Part shown: piece after piece, positions 1 through 10,008 of the stretch | How the letters are laid out: every line of letters begins with the position of its first letter | Numbering within the stretch: position 1 is the first letter of the stretch | NCBI RefSeq assembly: GCF_001447785.1 | Contig: NW_015161975.1 | Location: forward strand, 227,320 to 291,319 | Direction of reading: 5' to 3' | Source: Gekko japonicus | Taxonomy: Eukaryota | DNA: 64,000 nucleotides | Made by a program: the position numbers and the translations under genes | Notes under the pieces: model-generated | Told to the model about the DNA's origin: nothing | The model's input: the letters and a program-made list of their open reading frames with translations, nothing else | The model's database searches: none

Positions 1-69
1 TCAAAAACGACACACCAGAAGGGCTGTGCTCAGCAAACTGTATTACACACACGGGTTTGTGAATTAAGA

Positions 70-107
70 TTTATTGATTTCCATCATACTTGCTTTTTCA
101 TTTTATT
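70..107 (-). terminator. Candidate UBFD1 polyadenylation signals
   Basis: AATAAA on the minus strand at 102-107 and 70-75, about 240-280 nt after the stop. Confidence 0.45.
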
Positions 108-348
108 TTTAAAGTGGGGTGGAAGCCGCCTGCAGAAAAAGAGGGCTGCTGCTGCTGCTGCTGCAATTTTTAAGTTAAAAATAAGCTAATGGCGAGAGAT
201 TTTCCCCACCTCTGGCGTCCTCCCGGGCCTCTCCGAGATCGTGCTGATTTTAAGAAGTTCCAGGACAACAACCCACATCCACCAGGCCTCTCCCAGCAAG
301 TGTCCTTTCGGTTCGAGTCAGTCTCCAGTGCCAGAGGTGAGCGTGCCT

Positions 349-459
349 TCAAAAATACTGCCATTTCCCCAGCACCGTGTCTTTGATTGCGTCGACGAAT
401 TGAGTCGGGACCCAGTAGACCCAGTAGTAAGAGGCTTCGGTGGGACCCAGCTGGAAGGC
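349..459 (-). CDS. UBFD1: UBFD1 exon 7 (last coding exon)
   Basis: AFQLGPTEASYYWVYWVPTQFVDAIKDTVLGKWQYF-TGA. Confidence 0.96.
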   Translation of the reverse strand, partial: AFQLGPTEASYYWVYWVPTQFVDAIKDTVLGKWQYF

Positions 460-3400
460 CTGGAGGGGCGGGAAGAGGAGGAGGCAGCTCAGCATCTAAG
501 CCCTTCGGGGCGGGGGTGGGTGGGCGGGTGGGGGAACCACTCAATCCGCACCAGTTCAGACTTATCTGCAACCAGTGCTCCCTCTAAGCTGTGGAGTCTC
601 GTGAGCAAAAATTCTCCTTTGTGAGCTACGGGCATTAAAGTTGTAAGCCAGCGATTTGGCTACTGCATAAATTAAGTTTGCTCTGGAGCCGTCCTTCCAG
701 AGCTGAGACAAAAAATGTGTGAGCGGGAGGCTGAAAAACCGTGAGCTAGCTCACACTAACTCAGCTTGGAGGGAACACTGTCTGGAACGGCTCTTCCTCC
801 TTCAGGATACTTGCCACCAATGTCCCCTCTAAGCTGTGGAGTCCTGTGAGCAAAAATTCTATTCTGTGAGCTACGGGCATTAAAGTTGTGAGCCAGCGAT
901 TTGGCTACTGCATGAATTAGTTTGCTCTGGAACACTGCTTGCTGGCTAGTGGGAGAAGCTCCACCACCAAAAACACCCTTCCTCCAACCCCTCTTTCCAC
1001 CCACTTGGCCTCTGCTGACAGGGGTCTGAGGTTAGGCAGAGGTCAAAAGGAGGACCCCATTTCTTCTCTAGGAAGGAGGGAAGGAAAAGACCAGGCTCCC
1101 ATGAACGTGAGCTTGCCGGTTAGATGCAAGAAGTCACCATCCGCACTCAGCACCCACCCACCCGTCCCACGCAGCGTCATCCTGCGAAAGCTCTTACCAT
1201 CATGTGATATTCTTCGTGTCCTTCAATAGGTTCGCTCACCACATTCTTGATGGACCCCATGGGCAGTTTTTCTGTTCTCTCTAGATGCAAATAGTTCAGT
1301 TTATTTAAAGTTTAGTAGCCCATAGGCCATACACCATTTAAAAAAATATATTTACGAATTTAAAAGAACAGTAGAACAGAAATTTGCCACACCCATGATG
1401 CAATTTTGGCAGAGGCTGCTCAGTAGTAGTCTTAATCTTGATGCATCGTGAAAAGATGGAACATTTCGACAGCCGTTTCCCTAAGAATCTTTCTCTTGCC
1501 GCTGCACATTTTGGACAGTAGAAGAAAACATGACATGCCAAGTCCAGTTCTGTCAAAGGGCAGTCAGAATAGCGCTGGTCTTGAGAAAGCGCCCCTTCAC
1601 CTGGGCTGTTGGAAACGCATTGCAGCGTGCAATCGTGTACGGCCGCCTCAATTTTGGAATGGCCAACATGTTTAAGTAGAGAGGCGGGTCAAATTTAGTG
1701 GAATGTTTTGTAATTGCGTTGATTTGTTTAACAACATCCAATGCACACCAGAAGTAGCTTTGCTTAACTTATGGGATAACGCAATCACAGGGGCCACCAA
1801 AGAATTAACAGCAATTCTATTGGCAATGGCCAGGTTGACGATTGCGGCGGCTTGGAAATCGCCCGCTCCACCCACAATATCAGACTGGCAAGAGAAGATT
1901 TGGGAGCAATTTATAATGGCCAAAATCACAGATTCCATTCGTAGAACACATAATCCTTCTACGCCAACCTATTCTAAATTTTTACATATATGGGCTCCGG
2001 CACTTGAATACCTGACATTACAGAACCTACTCCCACAAAAACAAACATATCAGAGATGGCTACATCTCTAAGGCACGATAGACAATAGGTGAGCTAGGTG
2101 GAATAGACAGGTTTACTTGAACATTCAATAAAACAGGCTGAATACACGTTAAAAAGCCTAACCAAATCACACAGAGAGTAAAATAATTATATCCACAGGC
2201 TAGGAAGGTGGGAATTTTTGATTTAACAACAATATAATAAGATGTCTTTTACTGCACTGTTCAATTTGCTTTTTTATGTCGGATGTAACATGCTGTGTAT
2301 TGTAAGAAATTGATCAATAAAGCTTAAAAAAAATAATTAGTGGAATGTTTAATTCCTAGATGAAGTGGGGAGCATTTTCATCATCTAGCATCTAGCATGC
2401 AAATAGGAAGGCTCGTTGTTTCGACTGCCTGCCGCTGCAGAGGCTTCCGTCGCCACTCCCACCCCCCACCCCCTTCCAGAACCAGGGGAAAGAGAAGGGG
2501 GGCCCCCAAGACACCACCAGCGCCAACTCATGCGCTGAGCCGTAGAGAGCAGAACGGAGACGTAAAGGCTCGGCGTGCCCCAGAGTTCGTTGTTGCTGCT
2601 CCGACTCCATCCAGTTTCTCCAGTGAGGAAACAAAGTGCCTGGAACTGGGAACGGACAGGCCAGGGCCGCCGACCACCCTGATCAGCTCCTCTGGCTGCA
2701 AACAGGCAGGATGCTACCCGGCTGCCGTGTTTCCCCCCAAACTAAACTGCAGCAGGGCTGCAACTAACTGCTCTCCCTAGAGCAGGGATCCGCCCCCTTC
2801 TCACTAGCCTGTGGCCGAGAACTGTCCCAGCCCCACCCCAAAATACCCCTTGTGTGGCAATGGCCCCTGTACAGCAAGGCGTAAGCACTGGCAGTGCCTC
2901 AAATACATTTTAAGGTAAAGGTTCCCTTGCTCAAAAGCCAGTCGAATCCGACTCTAGGGTTGCGGTGCTCATCTCCGTTTCAAAGCCGAAGAGCCAGCGC
3001 TCCGTGGTCATGTGGCCGGCATGACTAAACAAGAAGGTGCACGGAACGCTGTTACCTTCCCACTGGAGTGGTACCTATTTATGTACTTGCAATTTCTTGC
3101 TTTTGAACTGCTAGGTTGGCAGGAGCTGGAACTAGAGACGGGAGCTCACTCCGTCATGCGGCGCACCCGGGTCTCGAACTGCTGAACTACCGACCTTCCA
3201 CAGCCTGCAGTTCAGCATCTTAACCACTTGAGCCACCGTAGCGCCTCAAATACATTTTACCAATGTACAAACAAACCAAAGCCCAAATGGCTGCATCCAC
3301 TCCCAATACCCAGATGACCAGTGCATTTGGTTTCCTAAGCTGCATGTGCCTTATTGCACGCTTCCACGTATTGCTCAAATTACAAACAAGCACAAAACAA

Positions 3401-6400
3401 CAACAACACCACCCCTGGAAGGGGGTAAAATGGGCGGCACCTGTTCTCTTCCAAAGACATGCTTCTAGGGTGTAAACTACGGGGGTGCCAACCTTTAAAA
3501 TAATTATTTTACTAAACTTATACCCCGTCCTTTTAGACCATCAAGGAAGCTAACAAATTAAAACGAAGAAGAAGAGGAGGAGGAGGAGGATTGCTTGAAG
3601 TGACTTAAGAAGAAGAAGAAGAAGAAGAGATCGGATTTATATCCTGCCCTTCGCTAGCCAAAGGAGTCTCAGAGCAGCTGACAAACTCCTCTCCCTTCCC
3701 CTCCCCACGACAGACGCCCTGTGAGGCAGGTGGGGGCTGAGAGAGCTCTGACAGAAACTGCTCTCTTTCAAGAAAAGCTGTGCCAGAACTATGGCTTGCC
3801 CAAGGTCATCCAGCATCTGCAAGTGGAGGAGGAGTGGGGAATCAAACCCGGTTCTCCCAGATTAGAGTCTGCGCACTTAAGCACTACACCAAACATACGT
3901 CATAAAATCCACATCTTAAAAACCATTACCTTTAGTACCAATCCAGAGCTGATCTTGTTCGAGTTTAAAGGTGAGCCGCACTTTCCCGCCAGACTTGTTA
4001 TACATCCCCGACAGAGGAACGGTTGGCAGGCGCTCCTGAAGAGGAGGAAAAACACAAAGCTTTTGTTTCAGCAGAAGAGCGGAAAGCGCTCTCTGTGTAT
4101 GCAAGAGGAAGAAGAGTTTCAGGGACCGCCTTAGGCCCTTACCTGCCTTGAGAACAACAACGCTTACTTGCTCACCTGTGCACCTTTGACTGAAGGCATC
4201 ACGTCATCTGGCTTGCCTTTATCCAACACTTTCCTATGTTGCTGTGACAAAGCAGAAATCACAGGTGAGTCAACATGACAGAAGCCCAGAAGGATTCCCC
4301 TTCTGCCCATTTGCTAGCTCTTCCAAAGGCTAGGCAGACGCAGAATAAGAAAGCAGCTTATTATGAATCATGCTTCTGTAAAATAATCCAAACAACCTGG
4401 ATGCTGCATAGAAAATACACAAGCCTACCAAAACCAGACTGGTAATTTCCCTTTCGCTGTATCTGAAGTGTGCGGACATGCAAAAGCTTATACCTTGAAT
4501 AAAACTTTGTTGGTCTTAAAGGTGCCACTGGGCGCAAGCTTTGTTCCCCCCCCCCCCATTAGTGTCTTGGTAGTACAGAATTAAAACACGTTCCGTACAA
4601 TTTTGGCTAAAGTTTCACACATGTTAAGCGTGCAGCTTTTATAAACAGTAACTCAAGGTCCAACCTTGCAACAGACAACAGACACAGCACCCATGAGAGA
4701 AAAAAATTCATTTACAAATTAATAATTGTGCACAAATATCAGTGCAAATTTCAGGAAAACATAAATGTTGAACTGAAATCCAAGCGTACAATTGGCCCAA
4801 TTATTAACAGAATTGTCTAATTGAAAATGTCAAAAGGAGTAATATTCAGCTTCAAAAGTGATAACATAAGAACATAAGAGACGCCAATGTTGGATCAGGC
4901 CAAAGGCCCAACCAGTCCAACACTCTGTCACATAGTGGCCAAAAATACCAGGTGCCATCAGGAGGTCCACCAGTATATGTATATATTGTTCAATTATGAC
5001 TACAACTAGGCAAGCATACAAAGGTAAAGGTAAAGGTTCCCTTGCTCGAAAGCCAGTTGAATCCGACTCTAGGGTTGCGGTGCTCATCTCCGTTTCAAAG
5101 CCGAAGAGCCAGCACTGTCCGAAGACGTTTCCGTGGTCATGCGGCCGGCATGACAGAACGCTGTTACCTTCCCACCAAAGCGGTACCTATTTATCTCCTT
5201 GCAATTTCTTGCTTTCAAACTGCTAGGTTGGCAGGAGCTGGACCTAGAGACGGGCGCTCACTCTGTCATCTACAAAACCACCTGTCCTCCTATGCTCTAC
5301 CGCAACAGCCTTGTTCGTCTGACCGGGGCCTTTCGGGGGGGGGGGGCAACTCTAAGCTGTGGAGTCTTGTGAGCAAAAATTCTACTTTGTGAGCCGGAGG
5401 TTAAAAAATTGTGAGTTAGCTCACACTAACTCAGCTTAGAGGGAACACTGGGTGGGACCACCTTTAAAAAATGCAAGATCAACAACTGCCGATACACATG
5501 CATCGTCTCTGTTGAGGCCCTGCTTTCTAGAATGGACTGTCTGAGGAGATGAGGAGGGCTCCCACCATACTATCTGCAAACAATGCAAAACAAAATTGCT
5601 CCAGAAAACATTTCTATAGACATAATAGGGCAACAGAATGATTCTGGAAGATCGAGTTTTTGTTTGTTTGTTTACAAAGAATGGGACGGTGGACTAGACC
5701 ACTATGTATAGCATGCATTATCTCTTTGCTCTATGTACTATACGCTTCCTCCGCATTGTCTCTTACTTAAGTGATACCGTTTTCTTCATTAACGTATATG
5801 CTTTGCTTTAAATTTCTGCAATCGTCGTTTAATTACACAGTTTATTGGTTTCAGGGAGTAGCCGTGCTGGTCTGCACCAGAGCCGTTAAATTTGAGTCCA
5901 AGTAGCACCTCCGAGACCAGTAAGAGTTCCAGGATATGACCGCCTGAGAATCTGTTGAAGGGAACTCTTGACTCTCAAAAGATTGCTGTTATTGGTCTCT
6001 AGCGTGCCAATGGACGCAAACCCGACAATTTATTGGAGATCACATCCTACTGATTGCATTGACTTTTGCTGCATAATCCACCTTGAGTCTCAGGGGGAAA
6101 AGCAGCTGACACATAAACCGAATAAAGGGGACAGCCTGAGGCTCAGTGGAAGAGGTCCATCAGTGGCTATTAGCTACAAGGTATAAATAGGGACTCTGGG
6201 GCAAGTGATACTCTCTCATCTTGGTGCTTGGGGGGGGGGGACAACAGTGGGAGGGCTTCTAATGTCCTGGCCCCACTGGTGGACCTCCTGATGGCACCTG
6301 GTATTTCTGGCTACTGTGTGACACAGAGTGTTGGACTGGATGGGCCTTTGGCCTGATCCAACATTGGCATCTCTTATGTTCTAACACCTGTTCTGCATGC

Positions 6401-9400
6401 ACAAAATCCCACCGGCTCAAGCTGAAAGGTATCAGGCGGTAAGTGACGCGAAAGGTCTCTGTCTGAACCCCTGGAAATAACACTGACCTTGAAAGAGGAG
6501 CGGCCTGACATGACACAAAGCCTCATGTTTAAAACAAGGAATCAAATAACGTTGAGGCTCACTACGTAGAGTGCTCCAGCAAGGCCCGCTGGGTTACAAG
6601 CTAACATTTCAGTCAAGGAGGCAAGTTTCAAGCTCACCAAACTGTCAACTGTTACCTACATCTCTTAGACCAGAACCGGGTAGGCTAACAGCCACCGCTC
6701 ACCTTTTGCCTGCAGAGGGGCTCCTTTTTGGTCTCTTCCGACTTCACCTCCTGCTGTGCGGCGTCCTTCGGTATGCTGACCGCCAAGACGTCGTTGATGG
6801 TGGAACCCACCACCATGATTTTGGAGCCGTTGATGACTTTGATTTCCCGCAGCGTCTTCTCCTCTGGCAAAAGCCCTTTGAACATGACTTTTTGCATCGT
6901 GGGAGGAAGGCCTGCACCAGGAGAAATCCAACAAAAACTGCTTTTAGCCCGGATGAGGTTTTTTCCACTGCTGCAGGAAGTGGTGGGGCTGCTACAAGCA
7001 TACACAGATTTTAAAAGGGATCGGATAAACATCTGGAGCAGAGGACCTTGAGTGGCTATTTGCCACCTTGTACAGATGGAACACTCTGTCGGGGGCAGTG
7101 ATGCTCTGACTTCTTGGTGCTTTTGGGGGGGCAAGAGTAGGAGGACTCCTAGAGTTCTGGCCCTGCTGGGGGACCTCCAGATGGCATCTGGTTTTTGGCC
7201 ACTGTATGACACAGAGTGTTGTACTGGATGGGCCATTAGCATGATCCAACAGGGCTTATGTTCTTATGTCTGGGGCAGCGATGCTCTGTATCCTTGGTGC
7301 TGAAGGAGCAAGAGTGTGAGGGGTTCTGGCCCCGCTGGTGGACCTCCTGATGGCACCTGGGTTTTGGCCACTGTGTGACACAGAGTGTTGTACTGGATGG
7401 GCCATTGGCCAGATCCAACCTGGCTTCTCTTATGTTCTTACGTCTGGGGCATAAGAACATAAGAGATGCCAATGTTGGATCAGGCCAAAGGCCCATCCAG
7501 TCCAACACTCTGTGTCACACAGTAGCCAGAAATACCAGGTGCCATCAGGAGGTCCACCAGTGGGGCCAGGACATTAGAAGCCCTCCCACTGTTGTCCCCT
7601 CCCCCCAAGCACCAAGATGAGAGAGTATTTGAAGCTGTCCATGCTTGTAGCACCCACCACTTCCTGTGGCAGTGAATTCCATGTGTTAATCACTCTTTGG
7701 GTGAAGAAGTACTTCCTTTTATCCGTTCTAACCTGACCGCTCTGCAGTTTCATGGAGTGCCCACGAGTTCTTGTATTGTGAGAAAGGGAGAAAAGTACCT
7801 CTTTCTTTACCTGCTCTTTCCCATGCATAATCTTATAAACCTCGATCATGTCACCCCTCAGTCGTCTTTTCTCCAAGCTAAAGAGCCCTAAGCGCTTTAA
7901 CCTTTCCTCATAGGGAAAGTGTTCCAACCCTTTTATCATTCGAGTTGCCCTTTTCTGCACTTTTTCCAAAGCTATAATATCCTTTTTAAGGTGTGGGGAC
8001 CAGAACTGCACACAGTATTCCAAATGAGGTCTCACCATTGATTTATATAGGGGCATTATGATATTGGCTGATCTGTTTTCAATGATGCTCTGTCTGCTGG
8101 GGGAGGTCAAGAGTGGGGGGGCTTCTGAGGTTCTGGCCTCACTGACGCCCCCTGGGTGACACAGAGCACTGGACTGGGCTGGCTACTGGCTTGACCCGAC
8201 AGGGCTCCTCTCATGCTCTAAAAAAGGCAGGGGTGTGTTGGGGGTGGGGGTAGTGGGGACCACTATTCCCTCTAAGCTGAGTTAGTGTGAGCTAGCTCAG
8301 AGTTTTTTAGCCTCCGGCTCAGGCATTTTTGTCTCCGCTCAGGAAGGACCACTCCAGAGCAAACTGATTTATGCAGTAGCCAAATTAGCTTGCTTACAAC
8401 TTTAATGCCAGTGGCTCACAAAACAGGATTTCGGCTCACAAGACTCCACTGCTTAAAGGGAGCATTGGTTGGAACTTCTTAGATGCGCCCCCCCCCCCCA
8501 ACACACCACAACACACAAAACACACNNNNNNNNNNNNNNNNNNNNNNNNNNNNNNNNNNNNNNNNNNNNNNNNNNNNNNNNNNNNNNNNNNNNNNNNNNN
8601 NNNNNNNNNNNNNNNNNNNNNNNNNNNNNNNNNNNNNNNNNNNNNNNNNNNNNNNNNNNNNNNNNNNNNNNNNNNNNNNNNNNNNNNNNNNNNNNNNNNN
8701 NNNNNNNNNNNNNNNNNNNNNNNNNNNNNNNNNNNNNNNNNNNNNNNNNNNNNNNNNNNNNNNNNNNNNNNNNNNNNNNNNNNNNNNNNNNNNNNNNNNN
8801 NNNNNNNNNNNNNNNNNNNNNNNNNNNNNNNNNNNNNNNNNNNNNNNNNNNNNNNNNNNNNNNNNNNNNNNNNNNNNNNNNNNNNNNNNNNNNNNNNNNN
8901 NNNNNNNNNNNNNNNNNNNNNNNNNNNNNNNNNNNNNNNNNNNNNNNNNNNNNNNNNNNNNNNNNNNNNNNNNNNNNNNNGTCGCCAAATCGCTCGCTCA
9001 CAGCTTGGCTCACAAAGTAAGGTTTCGGCTCAGAGGGAGGTGTTGGTGTGGGGGGAGAGGCTGCCGCCCCCTCTCCCCCAGGCTCCCCCACCCCACCCCC
9101 CCTCACCGGTCAGGGCGTGGATCTTCTCCTTGAGCTCGGCGCCCGTGCTGCCCAGCGGGAACTTGACGTCGTACTTGTTCTTGTTCCAGATGACCTTCAG
9201 CTCCACCAGCTCCTTCTCCGGGCCGGGCGAGGAGGGGTCGCCGCCGTTGCTGACCGAGGCCTGGGCGGCGGCGGCGGCGGCAGAGGACGAAGAAGGCGAC
9301 TCCCCGGGCGGGGGCTCCCCCTCGGGCTCCTCCGTCTGGGCGGCGGCGGCGGGGTCCTGGGCGGGCGCGGGCCCGGGCTGGCCGTCCTCCCGGCTCCCCA

Positions 9401-9711
9401 GGGGCGGGTTCTGGGACTCCTCGGCGTCCATGCCGGCGGCGCCGTCCTCCGAATCTGCGCGCGGGGGGAGAGACGGAGAGAGGAACGAGCCGTGAGGAAG
9501 AGGCGTGGAGGGAGGGCGGGACTCCTCGAGAGGAGGCGGTGAATCGNNNNNNNNNNNNNNNNNNNNNTGGGTCCCTCCTTCGCCCCCCCTTTTCTCCCGC
9601 CGGCCCGGAGCCTCCTCCTCCTTCCCCGCCGCCGCCCGGCCTCCCTCCCTCCCTCCCTGCCTGGGTCCCGGCCTGAGGCGCACCGGGGGAGGCAGACGCG
9701 GCGGCGGCCAT
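349..9711 (-). CDS. UBFD1: Ubiquitin domain-containing protein UBFD1, whole-gene span, 7 coding exons, 316 aa
   Basis: Exons 9711-9684, 9454-9107, 6911-6703, 4241-4176, 4035-3930, 1280-1198, 459-349. All introns are GT-AG with consistent phase; total 951 nt. Translation includes LKVIWNKNKYDVKFPL, QHRKVLDKGKP and YYWVYWVPTQFVDAIKDTVLGKWQYF*, matching recalled UBFD1. Confidence 0.96.
573..780. mobile_element. About 210-bp non-autonomous hAT MITE (family A); representative of more than 20 copies in the window
   Basis: TIR CAGTGYTCCCTCTAAGCTG...CAGCTTAGAGGGAACACTG; near-TSD tctgcaac/tctggaac. Other copies near 8263, 10630, 11095, 16506, 21682, 24195, 29723, 36860, 40058, 53032, 57683, 62226. Confidence 0.85.
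1198..1280 (-). CDS. UBFD1: UBFD1 exon 6
   Basis: RTEKLPMGSIKNVVSEPIEGHEEYHMM. Confidence 0.95.
1290..1690 (-). mobile_element. Degenerate non-LTR retrotransposon 3' fragment
   Basis: Frameshifted C-terminal ORF2-like peptides (ARCNAFPTAQVKGRF, HVFFYCPK) and an AT-rich tail. Confidence 0.55.
1709..2336 (+). mobile_element. 5'-truncated L1-clade LINE with target-site duplication
   Basis: ORF2 C-terminus (ARLTIAAAWKSPAPPTISDW...FLHIWAP), AATAAA at 2316, A-tail, 14-bp TSD TTAGTGGAATGTTT at 1695-1708 and 2337-2350. Confidence 0.88.
2911..3245 (-). mobile_element. Sauria SINE (Squam1-like)
   Basis: Reverse copy of the element at 19310-19668; further copies near 5020-5270 (-), 35950-36115 (+), 41810-42108 (+). 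Confidence 0.8.
3930..4035 (-). CDS. UBFD1: UBFD1 exon 5
   Basis: ERLPTVPLSGMYNKSGGKVRLTFKLEQDQLWIGTK. Confidence 0.96.
4176..4241 (-). CDS. UBFD1: UBFD1 exon 4
   Basis: QHRKVLDKGKPDDVMPSVKGAQ. Confidence 0.95.
6703..6911 (-). CDS. UBFD1: UBFD1 exon 3 (ubiquitin-like domain)
   Basis: LPPTMQKVMFKGLL...KEPLCRQK, AG/GT bounded. Confidence 0.96.
7625..8085 (-). mobile_element. CR1 LINE 3' fragment
   Basis: LYKSMVRPHLEYCVQFWSPHLKKDI...LFSLEKRRLRGDMIEVYK; related 3'-UTR copies with (TTCTTATG) ends nearby at 7020-7620. Confidence 0.92.
9107..9454 (-). CDS. UBFD1: UBFD1 exon 2
   Basis: cag| ...QASVSNGG...KIHALTG |gtgag. Confidence 0.93.
9684..9711 (-). CDS. UBFD1: UBFD1 exon 1 (MAAAASASP)
   Basis: ATG at 9711-9709, phase-1 donor G|GTGCGC. 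Confidence 0.8.
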
Positions 9712-9938
9712 GATGATTGTGTACAAGCCGCCCGCGGGGGGTGCCGGGAAAAAAAAGGGAGAGAGCGAGGCCCCGCGCTTGGCTTGGCCCCCGCCGGCCG
9801 CCGTCGCCCCGCCCCCGCTCCGGCCCAGGGGGCGGGGCTTCCTCGGCCACGCCCCCTCTTCTTCCCCGGCCGCGGCGCGCGGGGCGGACGGCGGGTAGAC
9901 TGCGCCTGCTCGGGGAGGCTCCGTCCGGAGGGGCCGCC
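9712..9938. promoter_or_regulatory. Bidirectional CpG-island promoter for UBFD1/EARS2
   Basis: Divergent ATGs about 227 bp apart; CpG-dense; GC boxes (CCCCGCCCCC, GGGGCGGGGC, GGCCACGCCCCC); no TATA box seen. Confidence 0.85.
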
Positions 9939-10008
9939 ATGGGGCTCGCCGGGGCCGCCGCGGCTTCCGCCTCCCTGGCGCGGGTGAGGTTCGCGCCCAG
10001 CCCCACAG
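9939..10008 (+). CDS. EARS2: EARS2 exon 1 coding part (start possibly upstream, see findings)
   Basis: GCCGCCATGG Kozak context; [10 protein letters not shown]|gtgag. Confidence 0.85.

Noticed and set aside
7574-8110. Host gene encoded by the 178-aa ORF
   Set aside because: It is the C-terminus of CR1 ORF2 from a truncated copy.
8453-9133. ORFs running through N runs (also at 33501, 37561, 47087, 54506 and others)
   Set aside because: Artefacts of assembly gaps.
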